From Candidatus Poseidoniaceae archaeon (GTDB lineage Archaea > Thermoplasmatota > Poseidoniia > Poseidoniales > Poseidoniaceae): 50,107 nt of DNA. Position numbers and translations under genes: made by a program. Below the pieces are notes generated by a model that saw only the letters and a program-made list of their open reading frames with translations, was not told where the DNA came from and searched no databases. Below, one piece after another: positions 17,746-27,078 of this stretch (positions are counted from its first letter, which is position 1; every line of letters starts with the position of its first letter). The stretch is from positions 1-50,107 of the forward strand of contig JANXHP010000021.1 in assembly GCA_024958795.1 (NCBI GenBank), written 5' to 3'.

Positions 17746-18777
17746 ATGAGCCAATATATTTCAGCCAAACCAGGCCAATGGGATGGAGAAGAACGCCCTC
17801 TCTTTCTCGCACCGATGGCCGGAGTTACTGATTTGCCTTTTCGCCTATTGGCCAAAGATTGTGGTGCTGATTTTACCATTACAGAATTCACAAATTCTAC
17901 TGCATTAACTCGTGAAGCTGCAATGTCTTGGCAAAGAATGGAAACCTGTAAAGAAGAATCTCCATTCATCCCTCAAATATTTGGAGGAGTTACTGAGGAT
18001 ATGGCTCGCGCTGCAGAAATGCTCAGCGATAACGCCGATATTATTGACTTGAATTTTGGCTGCCCTGCACCAAAGGTGACCAAAATTTGTGCTGGGGCTG
18101 CTTTGATGGGCGATCCTGATAATTTGGTTGATATGTGCTCTCAAATTGTTGATAGAATAGATACTCCTGTAACTGCAAAAATGAGATTAGGAACTGGTCA
18201 AGGTGAAAATAATGCCCTTGAAATTTGTAAGGAATTAGAGAATGTTGGAATACAACGATTATGTATTCATGGCAGAACTCTCAGGCAAAGATATTCTGGT
18301 CAAGCAGATTGGGATTATATCGCAAATGCAGTTGAGGCTGTTGAAGTTCCTGTTATTGCAAATGGTGACATTGTTGATGCAGCATCTGCTTCAGCATGTC
18401 TTTCACAAACACACGCAGCGGGATTGATGGTCGGAAGAGGAGCGATTGGAAGACCATCAGTATTTGCTGAGATGAAGGTTGAATTAGGCTGGATGGATGA
18501 AGAGCGATTACCTTGGATAAAACAATTCGAAGGCAATTGGCATTCACTATCTGAAATCGGTAGACAATTTGAGACTAGAAAATGGTGTTGGAACAGGTAC
18601 ATAGAATTAGCAAAAAAAACTACTGGATTAGACTCAAAAAGCCTGCGTGGTCATGCAGTATCCTTTACCAAGGGGTTACCAAGTGCCAAAAAAATTAGGT
18701 CTATCATGCATGGAAAAGTAACTAGAGAAGAATTCGCTCAAGCTACATCTGATTTTCTTTCATCTCACGAAGAGTGA
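17746..18777 (+). CDS. dus: tRNA-dihydrouridine synthase (DusB-like)
   Basis: LAPMAGVTDLPFR, DLNFGCPAPKV, GAALM, HGRT, VIANGDI, GLMVGRGAIGRP. Start is 17740 (GTG) or 17746 (ATG). Confidence 0.93.
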   Translation: MSQYISAKPGQWDGEERPLFLAPMAGVTDLPFRLLAKDCGADFTITEFTNSTALTREAAMSWQRMETCKEESPFIPQIFGGVTEDMARAAEMLSDNADIIDLNFGCPAPKVTKICAGAALMGDPDNLVDMCSQIVDRIDTPVTAKMRLGTGQGENNALEICKELENVGIQRLCIHGRTLRQRYSGQADWDYIANAVEAVEVPVIANGDIVDAASASACLSQTHAAGLMVGRGAIGRPSVFAEMKVELGWMDEERLPWIKQFEGNWHSLSEIGRQFETRKWCWNRYIELAKKTTGLDSKSLRGHAVSFTKGLPSAKKIRSIMHGKVTREEFAQATSDFLSSHEE

Positions 18778-18794
18778 AATGTAATCTATGGTGC

Positions 18795-19406
18795 TCAGAA
18801 TGTTGATTGCCACTCTTCGACATCTTGTTCCTTAGCCCAGTCTTCATCTGTGGTTTGTCCACGAAGTTTGAGTACTTCACGGGCTAGTAGCCAGTAAACT
18901 TGAGCAAGAGAGCGTCGACCTTTGTTATTTGCAGGTAATGCGATGTCCACATTGCGCAGGTTGTTATTTGCATCCACAATACCAACGATTGGTAGTCCAG
19001 AGTTAACCGCTTCAATCAATGCTTGTTGGTCAGCTGCTGGATCTGTTACAAAAAGAACATCTGGTTCAACATATGAACGAAGTACTGGATTGGTAAGAGA
19101 ACCTGGAATAAAACGACCGACCGCTGAATTTGCACCGATAGCCTCTGAGAAAAGACGTGCAGGTCTTTGTCCATATTGTCGTGCTGAAACGACCATAATA
19201 CGAGGGGATTCAAAATTGTTTAGGAAAGCAGCGATAGAACGGATGCGGGAATCTGTGATGTTTACGTTTAGAAGATATAATCCATCTTCGCGAACACGTT
19301 CAATAAATCTCATCATGTCTGCACTTTTCTGTTGAGTACCGATATTAACGGCATTCTCCTCATAAGTTTCAAACGGGAGCAATAATGTTGCTTCTTCATC
19401 GGACAT
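18795..19406 (-). CDS. rps2: 30S ribosomal protein S2 (archaeal uS2)
   Basis: NIGTQQKSADM, VSARQYGQRP, GRFIPGSLTNP, VTDPAADQQA, PANNKGRRSLA. Confidence 0.97.
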   Translation of the reverse strand: MSDEEATLLLPFETYEENAVNIGTQQKSADMMRFIERVREDGLYLLNVNITDSRIRSIAAFLNNFESPRIMVVSARQYGQRPARLFSEAIGANSAVGRFIPGSLTNPVLRSYVEPDVLFVTDPAADQQALIEAVNSGLPIVGIVDANNNLRNVDIALPANNKGRRSLAQVYWLLAREVLKLRGQTTDEDWAKEQDVEEWQSTF

Positions 19407-19565
19407 TAATAAACCTCAGCAAGCCGGCGACATAACCCCCATATTAAACCGCTTCGCACTAACAAAGGCAAACAAAAATACTGTGTTTAGTGAAATTACA
19501 ACAACCGTGGCGGGGGAGAATAAAAGAAAGAGCCCGTTCACACGAGGTCTACTGGGGGAATTTGC

Positions 19566-20753
19566 ATGGCTCAACAATCTCCAAAATCTGACCTAATAAA
19601 GGGTGCTGAACTGCATGAGGATGGTGTTTGGAGATTAGAAAACGGTGAACCTTTGAGAGTTAGTGCCAGTGATTTAGAACGACACGAATATTGTCCTCTC
19701 TCTTGGTCACTTGCGCGTGAAGGGAAAAGTGGCCAAGGTGAAGCGATTGTTGCCGGGATGGAAAAACACGCGGCAATTCACGGTCAAGTCAAAGACTATC
19801 AGCAGAAGCATTCAAAGTTACGTAGAGCGATGATAATATGGTCATGGTGGTTTGCTGTTGTACTTGTTTTTATTATAGATGCCATCATATTTTCATTAAT
19901 AGATGACATAGTTCATACTCCAGATTCAATCGCAAGGTATCTCGCTCTTTGGGCACTATCTCTCCTAATTACCAGTATTATTGCAGTATATCTGCCATGG
20001 AGAGAATGGGTCGGATGGACTGAGACTATTGCAAAATCAAAAATAGACTTTGAAGAAAGTAGTGAAGATGATATCATAGCTGTTTTCCAACCTCAAAGTT
20101 TCATTGGTGGGTGGTTTGAAGCGGGGCGTCTTGAAGCAGGGTTATTGTTTGCAGCAATTGCATTAGCCCTCCATGCAGTCGCTCTTATATGGGCTGATAA
20201 TAGAACTCAAGCAGGATTCTTGTTAGCAACAATTGCAATGACTTGGACACTATTGGCCTCTTGGCAATTACAAAAAGCACTACTTGCAGAGAATGCATTG
20301 GAAATTGCAAGAGAAATCGTAGGGTTACAAGAAAATACAAAAGTTGCATATTCTGATGATGACGATACTTCTGGCCTATTGACAGATCCAATAACCGGAC
20401 TACGTGGCCGCCCTGACCAAATAGTGATTGTCGATGGTGAATTTATCCCTGTTGAACAAAAAACCGGAAGAATACCAAAATTTCCACACCGTTCTCATAA
20501 GATGCAGGTCTTAGCGTATTTGCATTTGGTTGAAATCAGCACAAAGCGTCCAACACCTTACGGTGTTTTACGATATGGAAATGAAGATTTACATCAAATA
20601 TCTTGGGATGATTCAAACAAAGAAATGTTGTTTAATGCTATTACTGAAGTCCAGAGATTAATGGTTCAAAATGATGCAAAAAGAAATCACAATAGACCAG
20701 GAAAATGTAAAAATTGTTCACGCAATTATGCATGCCCTGATGCTTTAGTTTGA
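19566..20753 (+). CDS. cas4: Solo Cas4-like PD-(D/E)xK nuclease with four inserted transmembrane helices
   Basis: SASDLERHEYCP, G-x-x-x-H (AGMEKH), LRGRPD, PVEQKTG, QVLAY, C-terminal CKNC-x5-C; four hydrophobic stretches between about aa 89 and 235. Confidence 0.85.
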   Translation: MAQQSPKSDLIKGAELHEDGVWRLENGEPLRVSASDLERHEYCPLSWSLAREGKSGQGEAIVAGMEKHAAIHGQVKDYQQKHSKLRRAMIIWSWWFAVVLVFIIDAIIFSLIDDIVHTPDSIARYLALWALSLLITSIIAVYLPWREWVGWTETIAKSKIDFEESSEDDIIAVFQPQSFIGGWFEAGRLEAGLLFAAIALALHAVALIWADNRTQAGFLLATIAMTWTLLASWQLQKALLAENALEIAREIVGLQENTKVAYSDDDDTSGLLTDPITGLRGRPDQIVIVDGEFIPVEQKTGRIPKFPHRSHKMQVLAYLHLVEISTKRPTPYGVLRYGNEDLHQISWDDSNKEMLFNAITEVQRLMVQNDAKRNHNRPGKCKNCSRNYACPDALV

Positions 20754-20754
20754 T

Positions 20755-21306
20755 TCATTCTGCCGAACAAGGTCCTTCTAAAGGATATTCAACACATCTT
20801 TTTGTTATTGTCAATTGGATGTTGAAATTGTCATGAATAAGTCCAAGTGTTTCTTCACCTATTCCTCTTGCTTCAACATCAAGTACCCATTCACCTTTAG
20901 CAAATTCAGGTGTTGGCTCAAGAGTTTCTTCAACTGGTGCTGAATCTGAACTAACATCAACATTCCATTGAATTACCCCTTCCGAATCAGTTAATGTGGC
21001 TCTTACATACCTCGTATTATTTTCAAATTGTGGAAATAATTCAGAAAATGTAAATTGAGCCTTGAAATATACTGAAATTTCAGTAACAGAATCATCAACA
21101 ACAAACGTTGACTTATTTGTAAACGGCTGTATTTCTAATGTAGTATAGGTATGAGAAACGTATATTTTTTGGTAATCTAATGACCACTCAGCAGGATCTC
21201 TAAATCCTTCAATTGCTTCACGAGCTGGAATCAAGCCCAGACAACCCACAGTTGATGTCATCAACATTGTTAGAACAACAAGCATTGGCAATACTCTGCG
21301 TTGCAT
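20755..21306 (-). CDS. Secreted / lipoprotein-like hypothetical protein
   Basis: MQRRVLPMLVVLTMLMTSTVGC: basic N-region, hydrophobic core and lipobox-like VGC; beta-rich body. Confidence 0.75.
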   Translation of the reverse strand: MQRRVLPMLVVLTMLMTSTVGCLGLIPAREAIEGFRDPAEWSLDYQKIYVSHTYTTLEIQPFTNKSTFVVDDSVTEISVYFKAQFTFSELFPQFENNTRYVRATLTDSEGVIQWNVDVSSDSAPVEETLEPTPEFAKGEWVLDVEARGIGEETLGLIHDNFNIQLTITKRCVEYPLEGPCSAE

Positions 21307-21386
21307 CAAATATAGCCACTCTCTCTTTTGCTTTCAATACCTCCCCCCCTTGAGGCAAATTGAAGCCAAGTTGTGTTGTGAGTCAA

Positions 21387-21452
21387 TTCGCCTGGATGAC
21401 GCACATGGTGGCCGAGCGAAAGCGATGACGAACCCTATGAAAGCCGACGGGC
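21387..21452 (+). ncRNA. Box C/D guide sRNA, candidate sR-tMet-like (pre-tRNA-Met Cm34 guide)
   Basis: Box C GGATGA 21394-21399, D' CCGA 21412-21415, GC-GAAA-GC loop, C' CGATGA 21423-21428, D CCGA 21444-21447; ends can pair (GCCTG/CGGGC); TTGAAG promoter-like element at 21360. D-guide is AACCCTATGAAAG. Confidence 0.75.
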
Positions 21453-21483
21453 ACAAAAATCTCTCTTTAATCAGTGCTCAAAA

Positions 21484-24279
21484 TCATTCGAATTTAGCAC
21501 CGCAAGTACCGCACTCATTCGCTTCTACCGCAATATCTGCACCACATGCACCACATTCTGCAACTTCTGAAACTTCTTCTTTTCGTTTAGGAGCACGGCG
21601 TTTTGGTTTCTGTGCTTTCCTTGCCGCAGCAACTTCAGCATCGGACTTGGTAGATGCTGAAAGTGGGGCATCATCATCTACAAAGGTGAAATCTGTTGTT
21701 GATTCATTAACCTCATTTCCAGCAAATGAATTATCGGTTGCACTCATTCCAACTTCTACCTTTTCACCTGGCAATACTCCATCTTCACCAGTGACTTCGA
21801 ATATTTGCTCCCTAATTCCTGCATCACTTGCTGATAATTCCTTGCCATCATCCAAATGAGCGTGAAGTTCACGACCTTCTAGCATCTCGTCGATTCCAGC
21901 ACCAGAAGCGGCTTCTTTAGCACTCTTGAGCGTCGTAGTAACTTTGCTCTTATATTCTTCAATCTCTTCATCAGTGAGTCCTTCAAGCGCCATTTCGTCT
22001 GCATGTCTTCTATCGTATGCTGCTTCAACCTCTTCCTCAGCACTCTTCAGATTCTCATCCCATTCTTGCTCTAGTTGGTCTTCATCATAACCAAATTCTT
22101 GAACTGTTGATGCGAAATCTTCTGTTCCAGTGACGATTTCATCTTCATCTTCCTCAACTTCAATAGGAATATACTCTTTCTCTTCCACAACTCTTCTCTG
22201 CCTTTGTTCAAAGAATGATGATACATCTTGCTTAGAACCACAATATGGACAATCTTCCATCAAGTCCGGAATAGATTCTGAACATTCATGACAATCGTGG
22301 AATTGCTTTCTAGCCTTCTTTAAATTGAATGAGCAATGTGGACAACGGTCTTCATCACCTTCTAATTCACCATCACATGATGGACAATATTCGAAAATAT
22401 CTCTTTCAACTTCATCTTCTCTTTCCCTCGTTAGAATATATGCCACCACTAGTAATGCGACCAATCCCATAGCGCCACCACCAAGTAAAGTCATTGTTCC
22501 TTTAGTAGATGCTGCATTATTTGTTTCTCCATCATCGCCAGCTGCCGTTGGGAAGGCGCGTGTAAACATACTAGTTACAGTCATGTCTGATGGCGTAATT
22601 TTGATAGTACTAATTGGTGAAGAAGCAACGAAATTACAAGAAATAGATGCTCTATCACCTCTTTCTTCAATTGTCACAAGCATTGTCTCCAATAGATCTC
22701 CATTTCCATTATCACAATTGAAAGAAACATTACCCGTTTCAATACTGGTCATGTTTATTGACAATGTGTAAGCATCACCACTTTGTAATGGAACGGTTGC
22801 TGCATTACCAGAAATATCAGTCAATGAAATAGATGAATACACCCACTGTAATCTTAATGGAGCCTCAACCAAGATACTGCCTGTTGCTAAACTATTCAAT
22901 GGATTGCTATCCCAACTGGTGCTATGTGGAACCCACTGTGCTTCAAATTCAGCTGTGTGAGAACCGATTAATGTTGTCAGTGTAACGTCCCATGGTAGAG
23001 TTGCTCCTGCGTCAACATATATCCAATCTGATTCTGCTTGAGTTCCTTCCCAATCATATACAATTCTTCCTCGTACCTGGATGTCTCCAATGTTGGAAAT
23101 ACTAACTCTCCAAGTTACATCTTCACCAGAAGAGATTGATGAAGAAGATGGTATTGCATCTCCATCTACAAAAATATCTGGGATTGGAAAAATAGAAAGT
23201 TGCCCAGATTCTCTATCATTATCAGTTGTCTCTTGAATGAAACTACCTGCATTGAAAGGATCTATTTGTGCGGTGATAATATGTGAGCCTTCACTCAAAG
23301 AAGATATGTCGTTTATTGTCAGTACTTGACTCCAAGATGTCTCAGCATAGCCTGCACCTGTGAGAGTGACAGTGAATGGAGCCATCATTAGTAAGCCTCC
23401 ATTATCAGTTGGAATCTCAAGACGAACAGGAACATCAGTAGTGCCGGTTCCATTGGTTCTACCTAAAGTCCCTTCAATAGTCCATGGACCTTCTAAAGCG
23501 CCACTTTCAACAGTTACGGTTAATCCTCCAATATGGTAGACATCCATTCTTGTCTCAACTATCAAAGACTGTTCTACAATCTTGTTTAACTCTGAGGCTT
23601 CATGTACTTCTTCATAATAATCTGGATTCAGATAGATGGTATGAGTTCCACTTTCGGGAGCAATAAATGTTGTGTTAACCCATTGTGACTGACCAGCGAG
23701 TATTGCTGGAGTTGGCAAAAACTGTTCTTCACCACTGGATGAGGAAAAATGAAGGGTACTCGCTGATGCATCAACACTGCCTGTATTGGTAATGCGACTT
23801 GAGGCTGTAACATTATCGCCATAGTGAATACCACTTGCAGGTGATAATTCTGTTTCAACTACTCGTAAATTTGGCAAGCCTGTTACTACGAACTCGAGGT
23901 AAAATGATGCTTCAGTGTCGCCGTTAGCCTCAAATGTCACCCACACTTTGTGAGTTCCTTCAGTTACTGAATTCCATGATGTACTAACGTCTACTGTTGT
24001 TTCACCAAGAATATTGACAGTATTCGTTACAATCCTATAATCAGAATTTATTTCATCCTTGAAAAATGAGTATTCAACATCGAACGCATCAGTTTGTTGA
24101 GAATTGTAAAGTGTTAGTAAAATGGTGACATCATCACCTGCTTCAGGAGATGCTGGCAAGATGCTTAAAGTAGAAGAAGAGGCTTGAATTCCACCACTAG
24201 TTTCTGCTGAAACTGATAACGGAATCATTGTTAGTGCCAACAATACTACGACCAGCGTGGACTTCAACTCGTTCGCCAT
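21484..24279 (-). CDS. Membrane-anchored CARDB/Ig-like protein with cytoplasmic zinc ribbons and acidic linker
   Basis: Signal peptide; CARDB-like repeats (LPNLRV..., ITNTGSVDA..., E-x-x-E-x-NN-like ends); one TM (GGGAMGLVALLVVAYIL); CPSC/CPHC/CHEC/CPYC, an acidic stretch, terminal CGAC/CGTC. Start moved to 24279. Confidence 0.85.
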   Translation of the reverse strand: MANELKSTLVVVLLALTMIPLSVSAETSGGIQASSSTLSILPASPEAGDDVTILLTLYNSQQTDAFDVEYSFFKDEINSDYRIVTNTVNILGETTVDVSTSWNSVTEGTHKVWVTFEANGDTEASFYLEFVVTGLPNLRVVETELSPASGIHYGDNVTASSRITNTGSVDASASTLHFSSSSGEEQFLPTPAILAGQSQWVNTTFIAPESGTHTIYLNPDYYEEVHEASELNKIVEQSLIVETRMDVYHIGGLTVTVESGALEGPWTIEGTLGRTNGTGTTDVPVRLEIPTDNGGLLMMAPFTVTLTGAGYAETSWSQVLTINDISSLSEGSHIITAQIDPFNAGSFIQETTDNDRESGQLSIFPIPDIFVDGDAIPSSSSISSGEDVTWRVSISNIGDIQVRGRIVYDWEGTQAESDWIYVDAGATLPWDVTLTTLIGSHTAEFEAQWVPHSTSWDSNPLNSLATGSILVEAPLRLQWVYSSISLTDISGNAATVPLQSGDAYTLSINMTSIETGNVSFNCDNGNGDLLETMLVTIEERGDRASISCNFVASSPISTIKITPSDMTVTSMFTRAFPTAAGDDGETNNAASTKGTMTLLGGGAMGLVALLVVAYILTREREDEVERDIFEYCPSCDGELEGDEDRCPHCSFNLKKARKQFHDCHECSESIPDLMEDCPYCGSKQDVSSFFEQRQRRVVEEKEYIPIEVEEDEDEIVTGTEDFASTVQEFGYDEDQLEQEWDENLKSAEEEVEAAYDRRHADEMALEGLTDEEIEEYKSKVTTTLKSAKEAASGAGIDEMLEGRELHAHLDDGKELSASDAGIREQIFEVTGEDGVLPGEKVEVGMSATDNSFAGNEVNESTTDFTFVDDDAPLSASTKSDAEVAAARKAQKPKRRAPKRKEEVSEVAECGACGADIAVEANECGTCGAKFE

Positions 24280-24486
24280 GTAACTAAGCGTGGTATTGCG
24301 TAGCACTTGAACCCATCTCAAACCAAGTGCATTAGTTGTCAAGACTTTGAGATGTTATTACGCGCCAAAAGAACAGATAATTTTGGAAATGATATGATTT
24401 TGGCAAATGTTATTACCTTCACTAAATTGTAAAAAGAAGCAATTCTAAGGGTAGCATTGAAGGCTGAGCCCAAACGTCTCTAGGGT

Positions 24487-26304
24487 ATGCAGGGGAGGGC
24501 GGCGAGCATAGTGTTGGTTTTTCTTCTCGCTAGTCTTGTCTTGCCAATAACAAATTACAATGATGAATGTGATATACTGTCAGACACAATTGTTGTGAAA
24601 AACTCCCCTTCAGATATCAGCATTGCATTCAGTAATGGTCCAAATACAAATGATGACATTACCGGATTACACACCCTCACCTTTTCATTGAGTGGAACTG
24701 GTAACATCTCTTCTATTTTGATTGAATTATTAGATTCGGGCACATGGAGTACAGTAACAAATTTGACTGAAACTCCATGGTTGAAACATTTTGACTCCAC
24801 AGCATATGCAAATGGTAGTTATACACTAAGGGCTACTGCTTGGGATGATGATGTTGCAAATAATACTTCAGCACAAAGTGGACAATTCAATATTGTAAAC
24901 CATATTCCAGAAATTACAATTTTCAAAGTGTTAAATCCTGATTATGGCACAGGTGATTCCGCAACTGATAGAGCATGGTTTGATATTGAATCCAATGAAG
25001 CGATTTCATTTAGATGGGGCGCTATTGATGATGATCTAAAACGCGCAACTCTAACCAATGCCCCTGGCCCTAGTGCTCCAGCTGCAGACGGCCCAGGAAC
25101 TCTCAATTATGGCTGGGACTGGGCAAGCGGAAATATGTCTGAAGGTGTTTCTAATCCACGCTTGACGGTGTTTGATTATTCTGGACTTTCAAACTCTTCT
25201 ACATTATTCATCGGCATAGATAGAACCGGCCCTAGTATTGGTACTGTATCAATTGGTGATGGCTCTACTTGGCAACAAAGCACTTCTGTCACACTATCAA
25301 ACCTAATCTCTGGAAGCGATGACGGCCAAGGTAGTGGTGTTAGCCATATAGAATGGTCTAGCGATATTGGAGTTACTTGGAATTCAGTTAGTACAGATTC
25401 AATTACATTGACATTGGATGAAGGAATACACAATATTGCAATTAGAGCAATTGACAATGTAGGAAATATTGGACCAAGTGACACCATCACGATAAGAGTG
25501 GATGCAACTGAGCCAGAAGCTGATGGCTGGACTGTTGATGAATTAACAACTAGTAAAATCGGTGGTGCAAATGTTTCATACAGTGCTATTGATGGACAAT
25601 CTGGAATTGATAATACTTCATCATATATCCAATATGGATTTGACTCAAATGGAGTAGGGCAAACTCCTGACCTTTCTGGACGTTGGATTACATTAGGCAC
25701 TAGTGGTCTTGAAGGAACTGTTGGATTGGCTAATTGGGCCACAAAGTCTCGTCAGCATCTAATGCTTCAAGCTGTAGTTTTCGATGTTGCTGGTAATTCT
25801 ATGACGACTGCACCAGCATCATACCAAATTCTTCCGGGATTAGACCTATATTGGAATGAAACTGAAACCAATCTTGATAGATTGGTTGTTCGTCCTGGAG
25901 AAAATATGGGGAACATTACAATTACCAGTGTACTGGAAAGCAATCAAGACTATGGCGGAAGTGTAGTGGTTAGGCTTGAATCTGCACCAGCTGACCGTAC
26001 TTCCTCCGTGCAATGGACCGTGATGGAAGCAAGAACTCTTGGAACAGGAAGTCTTTCAGATTCTACTGAGACAATGATATGGAATTACACTGTTCCAAAA
26101 ACAGGTCAATTCGATTTACGACTTGTTATTGACTATGCAGATGGAATTGATGAGTATGATGAAGGAAATAATTACAACCACATGGTTGTCACTGGTGCAG
26201 CGGTAACAAGTGCTGGATTAGTTCCTTCTTTCTCACCTTCAATAATCGCACTATTATTCGCCGGAATTGTGATTTCACATCTTCAAAGAAGAAGCAACGA
26301 TTGA
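24487..26304 (+). CDS. Secreted Ig-like/CARDB surface protein with C-terminal anchor
   Basis: Signal peptide; Ig-like motifs NGSYTLRATAWD, EGIHNIAIRAIDNVGN, DVAGN; CARDB end IDEYDEGNN; C-terminal VPSF + TM + RR. Confidence 0.85.
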   Translation: MQGRAASIVLVFLLASLVLPITNYNDECDILSDTIVVKNSPSDISIAFSNGPNTNDDITGLHTLTFSLSGTGNISSILIELLDSGTWSTVTNLTETPWLKHFDSTAYANGSYTLRATAWDDDVANNTSAQSGQFNIVNHIPEITIFKVLNPDYGTGDSATDRAWFDIESNEAISFRWGAIDDDLKRATLTNAPGPSAPAADGPGTLNYGWDWASGNMSEGVSNPRLTVFDYSGLSNSSTLFIGIDRTGPSIGTVSIGDGSTWQQSTSVTLSNLISGSDDGQGSGVSHIEWSSDIGVTWNSVSTDSITLTLDEGIHNIAIRAIDNVGNIGPSDTITIRVDATEPEADGWTVDELTTSKIGGANVSYSAIDGQSGIDNTSSYIQYGFDSNGVGQTPDLSGRWITLGTSGLEGTVGLANWATKSRQHLMLQAVVFDVAGNSMTTAPASYQILPGLDLYWNETETNLDRLVVRPGENMGNITITSVLESNQDYGGSVVVRLESAPADRTSSVQWTVMEARTLGTGSLSDSTETMIWNYTVPKTGQFDLRLVIDYADGIDEYDEGNNYNHMVVTGAAVTSAGLVPSFSPSIIALLFAGIVISHLQRRSND

Positions 26305-26330
26305 AAAGAGGGTGGCGGTAGCCTCGCCTC

Positions 26331-27077
26331 ATGCGCCAATCTCTACCTCGTGTTCCGCAAGGCCGTATTGCGGTCCTTATTGGGGCAAAAGGTGTTACTG
26401 CGAAGTCATTACACAAGGCTGCTGGTTGTAAAGAATTCAATATCGACTCCGATACAGGAGATGTAGAAGTTGTTTGGGGCGAACCTGGCTCTTACGATCC
26501 AGTGAAGGCAATGAAGTTACCAGATGTAATCAAAGCAATTGCTAGAGGAATGGCCCCTAAAGCAGCAATAAGATTACTTCAAGATGACCATTTCTTTGAA
26601 TTGGTTGATTTGCGTGAGTTTGTAGGTAAGAGAGCAAATCAACAGCGAAGAATACGTGCTAGGATAATTGGTAGTGAAGGAAAAATCAGAAAATTGATTG
26701 AAGGATTAACAAATACTGAAATCACTATTTACAAATCAACTGTTGTTTTAGTCGGTCATGAAGAAGGATTAGCAGCAGCAAGAGTTGCCATAGAAATGAT
26801 TGCAGGCGGTGCTGAACATGGTACTGTTTTGAATTTCTTGGAAAAGGATAGACGTAGGTCAAAGTTGGCTAGCCGAAGCTTAGACAGTATCGAAATTAGA
26901 GCCGAAGAACCAAGCGAATCTGGTTTTGAAGACCTTGTTCCTGGCCTTGCTGATTTGAGTGAGAGACGTAATAGAAGGATGCGCGCTGCTCAAATTGACC
27001 CTGAAGACCTAGAAGCTGTTGAGTTAGTGATGGAATTGGCTGATGATGAAAGTATCATTTATTCTGAAGAAGAATGA
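26331..27077 (+). CDS. dim2: KH-domain pre-rRNA processing protein (Dim2/Pno1/Krr1 family)
   Basis: RIAVLIGAKG, IKAIARGMAP, RARIIGSEGKIRKLIE, GAEHGTV. Confidence 0.92.
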   Translation: MRQSLPRVPQGRIAVLIGAKGVTAKSLHKAAGCKEFNIDSDTGDVEVVWGEPGSYDPVKAMKLPDVIKAIARGMAPKAAIRLLQDDHFFELVDLREFVGKRANQQRRIRARIIGSEGKIRKLIEGLTNTEITIYKSTVVLVGHEEGLAAARVAIEMIAGGAEHGTVLNFLEKDRRRSKLASRSLDSIEIRAEEPSESGFEDLVPGLADLSERRNRRMRAAQIDPEDLEAVELVMELADDESIIYSEEE

Positions 27078-27078
27078 T

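Noticed and set aside
19407-21480. CRISPR-Cas locus around cas4
   Set aside because: No repeat-spacer array and no cas1, cas2 or effector genes anywhere in the window.
21350-21859. 169-aa plus-strand ORF
   Set aside because: Mostly antisense to the zinc-ribbon protein; its 5' part is better explained by the C/D sRNA.
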